Below are positions 9,669 through 18,747 of a stretch of 64,000 nucleotides of DNA, in pieces. This DNA is from an uncultured Actinomycetota bacterium. Lineage in GTDB: Bacteria; Actinomycetota; UBA4738; HRBIN12. The notes beneath the pieces were generated by a model. That model saw only the letters and a list, made by a program, of their open reading frames with translations, was not told the origin of the DNA and searched no databases. The DNA is taken from assembly GCA_963711655.1 (NCBI GenBank), contig CAVQEW010000003.1:89202-153201 (forward strand), in the 5' to 3' direction. The position numbers and the translations under genes are program-made. Position 1 is the first letter of the stretch. Each line of letters opens with the position of its first letter.

Positions 9669-11984
9669 TCATACGGTCTCGAGCTGGGGTGACACCTCGA
9701 GGTCCTCACCCTCGACGGCGACCCGCGGGAGGGCCCGGTCGAGCCATCTCGGCAGCCACCAGTTCAAGTCGCCGAGGAGCTCCATCGTGGCGGGCACCAG
9801 CAGCATGCGAACGATGCTGGCATCGAGGAGCACCGCGCTGGCGAGGCCGACGCCGAACAGCTTGACGATGCGGTCGGGCTCGCCGATGAAGCTGCCGAAC
9901 ACCACGACCATGATGGCTGCTGCCGCGGTGATCACCCGTGCCGTGGCGGCCAGGCCGTCGGCGACGGAGAGCCTGCTATCGCCCGTTCGCACGTACTCCT
10001 CTCGGATCCGGGACAGCAGGAACACCTCGTAGTCCATGGACAGACCGAACACGATGGCGAACATCATCATCGGGACGAACGGCTCGATCGGGGCGGGTTC
10101 GATGTTGAGCAAGCCTCCGAGCCAGCCCCACTGGAAGATGGCGGTGGCCACGCCGTACGCCGCTCCGATCGAGAGCAGGTTCATCACCACCGCCTTGAGG
10201 GGAACCAGCAAGGACCGGAACACCACCATCAACAGGAGGAAGGACAGACCCAGGACGACGCCGATGAACAGTGGCATGCGCGCAGCGAGGTATTGAGAGA
10301 AGTCGACCGACGCGGCGACCCCGCCGGAGACGGCGACGTCGAGCCCTGTTCCCTGTGTCGTGGCAGGAAGGACTTCGTCGCGCAGTCGATAGACCAGTTC
10401 GGTGGTCGATGCGTCCTGTGGCGCACTGGTCGGGAAGAGCCGCCACAGCGCCGCGGTGGGCTGCTCGGGATCGTTCGGGACGGCAGGGGTCACGAAGGCC
10501 ACACCCGGGTCGTCGGCCAGGGCTTGGGTCACCGCCTCGAGCGTCGGGGGTCCGTCCCCTCGGGGATCTCGGTGCTGAGCAGCAACGGCCCGTTGAAGCC
10601 CGGTCCGAAGCCGGCCGCCAGCAGGTCGTATGCCTTGCGGGTGGTCGTCTCCTCCGGGTAGTTGCCCTCGTCGGAGAACCCGAGCCGGAGGCTGAAGAAC
10701 GGGATCGCCAGCACCAGCAGGATGAGGGCGCCGCTGATCGCCGAGACCCACGGGCGGCGCTGGATGACCCGGCTCCATCGGTAGGCAGGGGTCTCGTTGA
10801 GCGGTCGTGGTCGACGGTGGGGAACCTCCCGTCGAAGTGGTGCGAACGCGAGACTCGCCACGATCACGACGATGGCCAGAGAGCATACCGACGATGGTCA
10901 GCGGTTGGAAGGTCGAGAGGCAACCCCGACGAGACCGCGTCGCCACCAGGAGAGCGGCGATCAGCCCCCGCCACCGGGTCACCTCGACCCGTTGGCCGGC
11001 GAAGCCGAGGAGTGCCGGAAGCAGGGTGAGGGACGCGACTGCCGTGACCGCGACGACGGTGGCCGCGGCGGCGGCGAGCCCTGTGATGAACGCGAGGCCC
11101 ATGAGGACCATGCCGAGCAGCGAGATGACGACAGTTGTTCCCGCGAACGCGACGGCCCGGCCGGCGGTATCGATGCGCGACGACCGTCGCGTCCTCGACG
11201 GATGCCCCCTTGTGCAGGTTCTCCCGGTATCGGGTCACGATGAACAGCGCGTAGTCGATACCGACACCGAGGCCGAGCATGACGGCGACCGTGGTCGCGA
11301 AGTCGGGGATCGAGAGGAAGTGTGTGAGCAGCCCGGCAAGGATCGTTCCCACTCCGATGCCGGCGAGGGCGATGCCGACGGGGAGGCCCATGGCGAGCAC
11401 CGACCCGAAGGCGAGGATGAGCACGATCATGGCGAAGGCCAGGCCGAGCAGCTCCGAGCTCGGCACCTCGAACTCGGCGAAGCAGCGCTCCGCCGAGCTC
11501 GACCTGGACACCTGGGATCTCCGGCATCAGCTCCCTCAGCTCCGCACCGATGGCCGTCGCCTCCTCGAGCGTGGTGTCGCGAGGAAGCCCGATCTGGGCA
11601 TAGGCGATGAGCCCCGCTTCCGGACCTTGCGAGGCGATCTGCTGGGCCCCTTCCGGCGTGTACGGGCTGGTGAGCGTGATGCCCTCGATCCTGCTTGCCT
11701 CATCGAGGAAAGCGGTCATCGCTCGATTGCACTTCGGGGTCGGTGACGCCCTGCTCGGCGCGGAACACGATCGTTCCGCCCTCCCCACCGGCGCCCGAGT
11801 CGGCGAAGTGCTCATCCAGGATGTCGAACCCGCGGCGGCTCTCCACATCGGGAAGGGCGAACTCCGTGCTGTACGCGGTGCCGAGCATGCTGCTGGCGCC
11901 GCCTGCGATGATCAAGGTGGCGAGCCAGAGCAGGACGACTTTGCCCCGGTTGCGGAAACACCAACGTCCGAGCTTGGCGAACAC
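9669..11984 (-). pseudogene. MMPL/RND-superfamily membrane transporter broken into at least five reading-frame pieces
   Basis: The N-terminus MFAKLGRWCFRNRGKVVLLWLATLIIAGG lies in ORF 11700-11984. The periplasmic loop is in 10979-11848. The first TM bundle (GLAFAMIVLILAFGSVLAMGLP...GIDYALFIVTRYRENL) is in 10864-11511. The second loop is in 10529-10867. The second TM bundle (MPLFIGVVLGLSFLLLMVVFRS...MDYEVFLLSRIRE) is in 9669-11111. All pieces are collinear but in different frames. Confidence 0.65.
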
Positions 11985-12101
11985 GACTACTCCTCGGTGC
12001 TCAGGGAATGGAGACCATACCCGACATCGAGATGGTGGCAGCCAGTCTGAGACGGATCAGTGGATGATGTGCGGAACTGGGGTATAGTTTGGAGGAACAG
12101 G

Positions 12102-12647
12102 GTGAGCGATACGAGCACTGGAAAGGTGGTCGTGAACAGGTCGATGTCGCTTGACGGCTTCATCGCCGGTCCCGGCGACGCGATGGACTGGATCTTGGAC
12201 GCCGTGGCGCCGGATGATGTCGCGGAGATCGCGGCGGCCACCGGCGCCATGCTCATCGGCCGGCGAACCTGGGAAGTAGGCGCCAGGATGAAAGCAGACG
12301 AGCCAGGCACGGACTATCCGTTCTCGGGACCGATGTTCGTCCTCACCCATCACGCGCCGGAGTCGCCGGACCCGAAGGTCACGTACCTCACCGGTGACAT
12401 CGGGGAAGCGGTCGCCACGGCGCTGGAGGCTGCGGGCGGGAACAACCTGGAGATCCTCGGCGCCGACGTGGCCGGCCAGTGCCTGCGGCGGGGGCTCGTC
12501 GACGAGATCTTGGTGTATGTGATGCCGGTGCTGCTCGGCGACGGCATCCGATTCTCTCCCCCGTGGCTCCCCAGGATCAACCTGGAACCGATCAGCAGCA
12601 CGCGGTCGCGAGACGTCACTATCCTCCGGTTCCACGTCCGCAAGTAG
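12102..12647 (+). CDS. Dihydrofolate reductase family protein (RibD C-terminal domain)
   Basis: MSLDGFIAGPGDAMDW...FVLTHH...ILGADVAGQCLRRGLVDEILVYVMPVLLGDG is the typical RibD_C/DHFR-like signature. The ORF track starts at 12060. A GTG start near 12102 is likely. Confidence 0.65.
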   Translation: MSDTSTGKVVVNRSMSLDGFIAGPGDAMDWILDAVAPDDVAEIAAATGAMLIGRRTWEVGARMKADEPGTDYPFSGPMFVLTHHAPESPDPKVTYLTGDIGEAVATALEAAGGNNLEILGADVAGQCLRRGLVDEILVYVMPVLLGDGIRFSPPWLPRINLEPISSTRSRDVTILRFHVRK

Positions 12648-12682
12648 TACCGGCGCTGCTTCGCCCTCTCGCTGATCCGCGC

Positions 12683-12800
12683 CGCTCGGTCGGTTGGTTG
12701 GTGGGGTGTTCTCAGAACCCCCTGACGCTTTCCGGCACTCTTGAGGACCTCCCACAGGCGAAGAGAGGTACCTCCTACAGCTGGGAAGCCCGGCCTGCGG
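12683..12800. repeat. tRNA-like degenerate repeat, copy A, with (GGTC/GGTT)n tetranucleotide repeats at its head
   Basis: About 85% identical over ~100 bp to copy B at 13991-14105. The minus-strand reading GGAGGTACC...GGTTCTGAGAACACCCCACCA has the same length and end anchors as the tRNA-Tyr at 17949-18033 (GGGAGG... ...TTCGAATCC...ACCA). Confidence 0.5.
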
Positions 12801-12841
12801 CAGGGATCCTGCGGCAGACACGAACCGCTGTGTGAGCGGGT

Positions 12842-13033
12842 CTACTTCTCGACGTGGATCGAGTCGAGGATCGCCTGAAGCTCCTGCAAGTCCTCGTCTG
12901 GCGTCGCAGACCGGTATTGGGTCAGGAACACCTGGCGCTGACCGTCGACGTCGACGATGTACGCACTCCCGTTCTGGGCAGCTCGATCGTTGCTCGGCTC
13001 GCGACCGCCTTTACCCGGAAGCGTAGGCCCCAA
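12842..13033 (-). CDS. Small hypothetical ORF (63 aa) between the two DHFR-family genes
   Basis: This is only an ORF. Its composition is not obviously GC-frame junk (…TQYRSATPDEDLQELQAILDSIHVEK). No family was recognised. Confidence 0.2.
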   Translation of the reverse strand: MGPTLPGKGGREPSNDRAAQNGSAYIVDVDGQRQVFLTQYRSATPDEDLQELQAILDSIHVEK

Positions 13034-13091
13034 CCGGCTCGACGGTTCCTTCCCGTCGCGTGACCACTGGATGTGCGTGGGAGGTGGCGGC

Positions 13092-13739
13092 TTAGACGCC
13101 TGCGCGGGTGAACGTCACGTGGGTGACCCCGCTGGGCGAGGAGGTGGCCTCGACCTGGTAGTCCTTCTCGACGCCCTCCAGTCCGTCCCAGAGCCGAACG
13201 CCGCGGCCGAGAAGGATGGGGACGACGACGGTGTGCATGTGATCCACAAGCCCCGCAGCGAGGAGGTCGCGGATCACGGTGGCGCCTCCACCGATGCGCA
13301 GGTCCTGTCCGCCCGCAGCCTCCCGAGCGGTCTCAAGCGCTTCGGCGGGCGACACGTCGAGGAAGTGGAACGTCGTCCCGCCTTCCATCTCGATCGGCGG
13401 ACGCGTGTGATGGGTGAGGACGAAGACCGGTGTGTGGAACGGCGGGTTGGGACCCCACCAGCCCTTCCACTCCCGGTCCTCGTGCCATCCTGGGTAGCCG
13501 AACTTCCCGGCACCCATGATCTCGGCGCCGATCCCGGGGTTGTGCAGCCGCGCGAAGGCGTCGTCGAGGCCGCGGGTGCCGCCGGGCTCGCCGACCATCT
13601 CGCGCCAATACCGGGTCGTGAACATCCATTCGTGCAGTCTTTCGCCGGCGTGGCCGAACGGTGCGTCGTGGCTCTGAGGTTCGCCGCTCCCGAAACCGTC
13701 GAGCGAGATGGAGAAGTTGTGGACGCGGACGATCGACAT
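13092..13739 (-). CDS. Dihydrofolate reductase family protein (RibD C-terminal domain), a paralog of 12102-12647
   Basis: MSIVRVHNFSISLDGFGSGEPQ...VFVLTHH...RIGGGATVIRDLLAAGLVDHMHTVVVPILLGRG. The start is taken at MSIV. Confidence 0.65.
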   Translation of the reverse strand: MSIVRVHNFSISLDGFGSGEPQSHDAPFGHAGERLHEWMFTTRYWREMVGEPGGTRGLDDAFARLHNPGIGAEIMGAGKFGYPGWHEDREWKGWWGPNPPFHTPVFVLTHHTRPPIEMEGGTTFHFLDVSPAEALETAREAAGGQDLRIGGGATVIRDLLAAGLVDHMHTVVVPILLGRGVRLWDGLEGVEKDYQVEATSSPSGVTHVTFTRAGV

Positions 13740-13990
13740 GGTTGCTGCTCCTTCGGATTCAGGGTTCACGTTTCCACCAGGTTGAGTTCGCATCGTAGAC
13801 GCCTATGAAACTCGCCACTGTGGACGACACCGAGCGCCAGGGTCGTGCACCACCTAGCGGGACCTGCGCCCGGCCCCCGGCGAATACTCACTGTTCACTG
13901 ATCCGGTTTCGGCGCCGTCCGTCAGCTGGTCGACAACGGTGCCTCAGTCTTGAGAACACCCCTGAGTGAGTGGTGGTCGGCTGGCGGGTC

Positions 13991-14105
13991 GGTCGGTCGG
14001 TGGTTGGTTGGTTGGTGGGGTGTTCTCAGAACTCCCTCACCACACGGTTTCCGGCACTTCTGGAGGACTTCCCACAGGTTAAGGAGGGTACCTCCCACAG
14101 CGGGT
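13991..14105. repeat. tRNA-like degenerate repeat, copy B, preceded by (GGTC)3(GGTT)3
   Basis: Homologous to copy A. There is also an 11-bp inverted partner gagaacacccc at ~13955 opposite ggggtgttctc at ~14022. Confidence 0.5.
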
Positions 14106-14266
14106 CAGGACCCTGAAGCACGTTTGCAACTTGCTCGACCAGCACGGAGATCCAGTCGGCGCGGGCGCCGACCGTCGCTGGCCGTGACCAGTCTTGAGCT
14201 GGCCTTGACCAGTTTGAGCTCTGCGAGCAGCGACAGCGCTCTGATGTCTTCGGAGGCTTCGAGCGG

Positions 14267-16440
14267 ATGCCGGCGCACCCGGACCTCTGGATCCGCTTTC
14301 GCACTCGTCCCATCGCGGCGTATAACTGGGCCATGTCCGTGCCCGCCGGAGAGCGGCGGATCGTCTCGGTGCTCGTCGCCGACGTCGTCGGCTCGACGTC
14401 GATCGCTGAGACGCTCGGCCCCGATCGGTCGAAATACCTCTTCGACGACACCGTCCGGGTGATGCGCCAGGAGGTCGAGCGCTTCGGCGGTACGGTCGCG
14501 CAGCTGACCGGCGACGGGATCTTGGCCCTCTTCGGCGCCCCCGTCGCGCATGAGGACGACTCCGAGCGCGCGGTCCGCGCCGCGCTCGCGATCCGCGAAG
14601 CGCTCGCCGGATACGCCGCGGAAGTCGCCCCCGCGTACGGGATCGAGCTCGGCGCGCGGGTCGGCGTCAACACGGGACCGGTCGTGGTCCCGGCCGGCGG
14701 CGCGCCGCCCGATGTCCTCTACAACGCGCTCGGCGACACGGTCAATGTGGCGGCGCGTCTGCAAGCGCTGGGAGACCTCGTCGTGGGACCGACGACGGCG
14801 GGCCAGGTCCAGGGTTCGTTCGAGCTCGAGGCGCTGGGCGCTCTGGAGCTGAAGGGGAGGAGCGAGCCGGTGGCCGCCTTCCGCGTCACAGGGATCCGCG
14901 AGCAGACTGCCAAACAGCCAGAACCGCCACTCGTCGGGCGCGAGGAGGAGCTCGCGGCGCTGAGCGAAGCGCTCAACGGACTCCTCGAGGGAAGGGGCGC
15001 GATCATCTCCATCACCGGCGAGCCGGGGATCGGAAAGTCGCGCCTCGTCGCCGAGGTCAAGGAGCGCTTCGACCGCCGGGTGCGCTTCCTCGCTGGTCAC
15101 GCCGTCTCCTACGCCGAGACCATCGCCTACTGGCCCATCCGCGAGCTCCTTCGAGGCTGGCTCGACCTGGGTATGTCCGATCCCGAGGCGCGCACCCGCC
15201 TCGAGCTCCGGGCCGAGCTCACCCGCTCGCTCGCCGAGGCGGGAGATGAGGCCTATCCCCTCCTCGCCAACCTCCTCGGTCTAGCGATCGAACCGGAAAG
15301 CGAACAGCGGATGCGCGATCTCGCGCCCGAGGCGATCCACCACCAGACCCTCGACTGGCTCTACCGACTCGTCCGCGCGATCGCGCAGGAGCGGCCGCTG
15401 TGTCTGGTGCTCGAGGATCTCCACTGGTCGGACGACGCCACACTCTCGCTGCTCGACAGGCTGCTTCCAGCCGCCGAGCAGGATCAGATCGCCTTCCTGC
15501 TCGTTCATCGCAGTGACCCCGATCACCCTGCCTGGCACCTCGTCGACCGTGCCCGCAGGCGCTTCCGGGGTCCGTTCTCCGAGCTGGAGCTGGAGCCACT
15601 TCCGGAGGTGGACGCGCGCGCCCTCGCGGAAGCGGACGCGGGAGGCGAGCTACCGGAGGAGCTCGCGCTGCTCCTCGCCGAGCGCACGGGTGGCAACCCC
15701 TACTTCGTCGGTGAGGCGATCCGGGATCTTCGCGAGCGCGGCGCGCTCGGGCGAGAGAACGGCCGCGTCGTGCTCATCGGCGAGGCCTCCATCCCGGCCG
15801 CGCTCCAAGAGGCGCTGCAGGCGCGGCTCGACCGGCTCGACGCCGATGCACGCGATCTGGTCACCACCGCCGCCGTGATCGGACGTTCCTTCGGCCTCCC
15901 ACTCCTCGAGAGGCTCCTTCCCGGGCCGCGCGTCCTGCCCACGCTCTCGGAGCTCCAATGGCTCCAGCTCGTGGTCGAGGAGCGCAGCGGAGCCGCGCCG
16001 GAGTACCGGTTCCGGCACGGGCTCGTGCGGGACGTCGCCTATGGCATGCTCGTCGAGTCTCGCCGGCGCGAGCTGCACGTGCGTGTCGGCGAGGCTCTCG
16101 TGGACCTCCACCGAGACTCTCCGGCGGAGGTGTACGGGCTCCTCGCCCATCACTTCGCTGAGGCGGACGAGCCCGAGCGCGCGGTCGAGTACCTGGTGAA
16201 GGCAGGGGACGCGGCCCGAGCGGTCTACGCTGACGACGAGGCGATCGAGCTGTACCGCCGGGGCCTCGGCTTCATGGAGCGGACCGGGGACGAGGCCTCT
16301 GTCCGCCCGACGCTGCTCAAGATCGCGCTCACCCACCACCTCGCGTTCGACTTCTACGCTGCGAACGAGGTGTTCACCGAGGCGTTCGCCCGACCCGCAC
16401 CCGCGCCCGTCCGGCTGGAGCCGAGCGAAACGCCTCACCT
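14267..16440 (+). CDS. Multidomain signalling protein: class III adenylate/guanylate cyclase domain, then an AAA/NB-ARC-like P-loop ATPase, then TPR-like helical repeats
   Basis: IVSVLVADVVGSTSIAE...GDGILALFGAP...NTGPVVV (cyclase homology domain) and ITGEPGIGKSRL (Walker A), followed by a long helical/TPR-like C-terminus. The exact 3' end is unclear because the frame runs on to 16558. Confidence 0.75.
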
Positions 16441-16445
16441 GGGCG

Positions 16446-17846
16446 ATGCCGACGGCGTGGGACAGAGCCGTAGCACCGGGTCTCAGCTTGAGCGATCCCG
16501 CCTTCCAGGTAACGCGCAATCTCTTCCGCGGACTCCTCGCGATCGGGCGCGACCATGACCTCGAGCCCGATCTGGCCGAACGGGTTCACCGTCACGGACG
16601 ACGGAGGTTCCTATCGGTTCACTCTTCGCCGCGACGCCGCGTGGAGCGATGGCGCGCCGCTCACGGCGGACGATTTCGCGTTCACCTTCGCCCGGATGGT
16701 CGAGGATGACGTGGTCGCCGCCTCCTGGCTGGATGGCGTGGAGGCGAACGCTATCGACGAACGCACGCTCGAGATCCAGCTGCGCGACCCACGGAACGAC
16801 TTCCTGTACCTCCTGGCGCAGCCGCCGCTGTTCGCCTGGCCGCGGCACGCCTACGAGCGGGACGGACGGGACTGGCACCGTTCGGTCCCGCTCGTGGGGA
16901 GCGGGCCGTTCGTGCTCACGGACCGCGACGAGGACAGCGTCGCGCTCGCGGCATCCCCGAGCTGGTACGGGGCTCGCGGGAACGTCGGCGAGGTGAGGCT
17001 CGAGCTCGAAGCCTCCGCGATGGTCGCCGCCGACCGGTGGCGGCGCGGCGCGTACGACGTCCTCCACGGGGCGCTCACTTTCCGCGTCGCCGCTGACGAC
17101 GAGACCGTCATCCAGCGCTCGCCCGGGCAGTTCACCTGGTTCCTCGGCTTCATGGCAAAGCGCGCGCCGCTCGACGACGCACGTATCCGCCGTGCCCTCG
17201 CACACGCGATCGATCGACGCGGGCCGGCGAACCTGCTGGGAGGAACCGTGGCGACCACCGGCGGAGTGGTTCCGCCCACGACCCCGGGTCACTCCTATCG
17301 CGTCACTCCGGCATACGACCCAGCTCGCGCCCGCGCCCTCCTGAGCGAAGCGGGCCACCCCGATGGACATGGCCTGGGCGAGATCGTGCTGGCGTGTCTC
17401 GACCTGTGGGAGAACGCGGCGGCCGACGTCGCCGTCCAGCTGGAGAGGATCGGCGTTCGAGTTCGACTCGCTCTCTGCCACCTCCGACCCCGATCTGGAG
17501 GCGGCGATCAGAGACCAGGCCCACGCCTACATCTGGTCGTGGGGAGAGGAGTACCCCGATACGGCCCGCGGCTTCCTCGAACTGTTCTTCTCGAGATGAT
17601 TTCTACCGCGACAAAGAGCTCGAGGAGTTGCTGGCCCGAGCGGCGTCGCTGCGCGACGAGGACGAGCGCCTCCGGACGTACCGGGCATTCGAACAGAAGT
17701 GGATCGGAGAACAAGCCGCCATCGTGCCGATCTCGTACGGCGACTGTGCCTTGTGGCGGCGCCCGTGGGTGACGGGGATGTGGGTCAACGCGACCGAGAT
17801 CTCGACTTTCGCATCCGCCGTCGTCAGACGGCCTCATGGGGAGTGA
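16446..17846 (+). pseudogene. ABC transporter substrate-binding protein family 5 (SBP_bac_5)-like domain shattered over at least four reading frames. It is either a decayed gene or a frameshifted C-terminal fusion to the cyclase protein.
   Basis: Collinear fragments are DPAFQVTRNLFRGLLAIGRDHDLEPDLAE (16446 ORF), SYRFTLRRDAAWSDGAPLTADDF...GSGPFVL... (16555 ORF), DPDLEAAIRDQAHAYIWSWGEEYPD (17363 ORF) and LRDEDERLRTYRAFEQKWIGEQAAIVPISYG (17394 ORF). No start codon or signal peptide precedes the first fragment. Confidence 0.5.
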
Positions 17847-17849
17847 GGG

Positions 17850-17948
17850 AATTCGGTCGGTCGGTGGTTGGGAGTCCGTCGGTCGGTGTGTGTTGGTCGG
17901 AGTGGGTGTCTGTCTGAAAGTGAGTCGGTCGGTCGGTCGGTCGGTTGG
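17850..17948. repeat. Tandem (GGTC)n/(GGTT)n tetranucleotide repeat tract immediately 3' of tRNA-Tyr
   Basis: ggtcggtcggtgg...gtcggtcggtcggtcggttggtggtgg is the same motif that heads the two tRNA-like repeats at 12683 and 13991. Confidence 0.6.
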
Positions 17949-18033
17949 TGGTGGGAGGAGGAGGATTCGAACCTCCGTAGGCTACGCCGGCGATTTTACA
18001 GACCGCTCCCTTTGGCCACTCGGGCATCCTCCC
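17949..18033 (-). tRNA. tRNA-Tyr (anticodon GTA) with a long variable arm. CCA is encoded.
   Basis: The minus-strand reading is GGGAGGATGCCCGAGTGGCCAAAGGGAGCGGTCTGTAAAATCGCCGGCGTAGCCTACGGAGGTTCGAATCCTCCTCCTCCCACCA. The anticodon loop is CUGUAAA. It is near-identical in its core to E. coli tRNA-Tyr (CCCGAGCGGCCAAAGGGAGCAGACUGUAAAUCUGCC). Confidence 0.85.
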
Positions 18034-18168
18034 GGGACACCTCCGGAGGATAACAAGGAGGCCGACGCTCCTCGCTCAGCGAACCTGATGCTTGAACGTC
18101 GGGACGGCGAGGTGCCGCACGGCGGGCAAGCCCGGACGCCGACCATCCCCTCCTTCTAGGATTGACCC

Positions 18169-18663
18169 ATGGCGAAGGACCAGTTCTCGTTCGACATCGT
18201 GTCCGAGGTCGACCTCCAGGAGGTGCGCAACGCCGTCGACCAGGCGGCGCGCGAGATCTCCCAGCGGTTCGACTTCAAGGGCACCGGCACCTCGGTCGCC
18301 CTCGAGAACGAGAAGATCGAGATGGCCGCCGGGACCGAGGACCGGTTGAAGGCGGCGTGGCAGGTGCTCCAGGAGAAGGCCGTCAAGCGACAGGTCCCCC
18401 TGAAGTCGCTTCAGCCCGGAGAGGTCCAGCAGGCCGCCAAGGGCACGGTCCGGCAGACCATCGACGTGATCCAGGGGATCCCCGACGAGAAGGCGAAGCA
18501 GATCTCCAAGTTCGTCCGGAGCAGCGTCCCGAAAGCGCAGACCCAGATCCAGGGGTCGCAGGTACGCGTCTCGGCCAAGTCGAAGGACGCCCTCCAGTCG
18601 GCGATCAAGGCCGTGAAGGAAGAGGACTTCGGGCTCGCGCTCCAGTTCACGAACTACCGCTGA
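18169..18663 (+). CDS. yajQ: YajQ family (UPF0234) cyclic di-GMP-binding protein
   Basis: 164 aa beginning MAKDQFSFDIVSEVDLQEVRNAVDQAAREISQRFDFKGT and ending ...LQFTNYR, which is the characteristic YajQ pattern. Confidence 0.8.
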   Translation: MAKDQFSFDIVSEVDLQEVRNAVDQAAREISQRFDFKGTGTSVALENEKIEMAAGTEDRLKAAWQVLQEKAVKRQVPLKSLQPGEVQQAAKGTVRQTIDVIQGIPDEKAKQISKFVRSSVPKAQTQIQGSQVRVSAKSKDALQSAIKAVKEEDFGLALQFTNYR

Positions 18664-18747
18664 GCCCGAGGGCGATCACCCGTAAGGTGCTGTATTGCAG
18701 GGTCAAGGGCGCGCCTGTAGATTCCCCAGACCCTCAGGAGGTGGACT

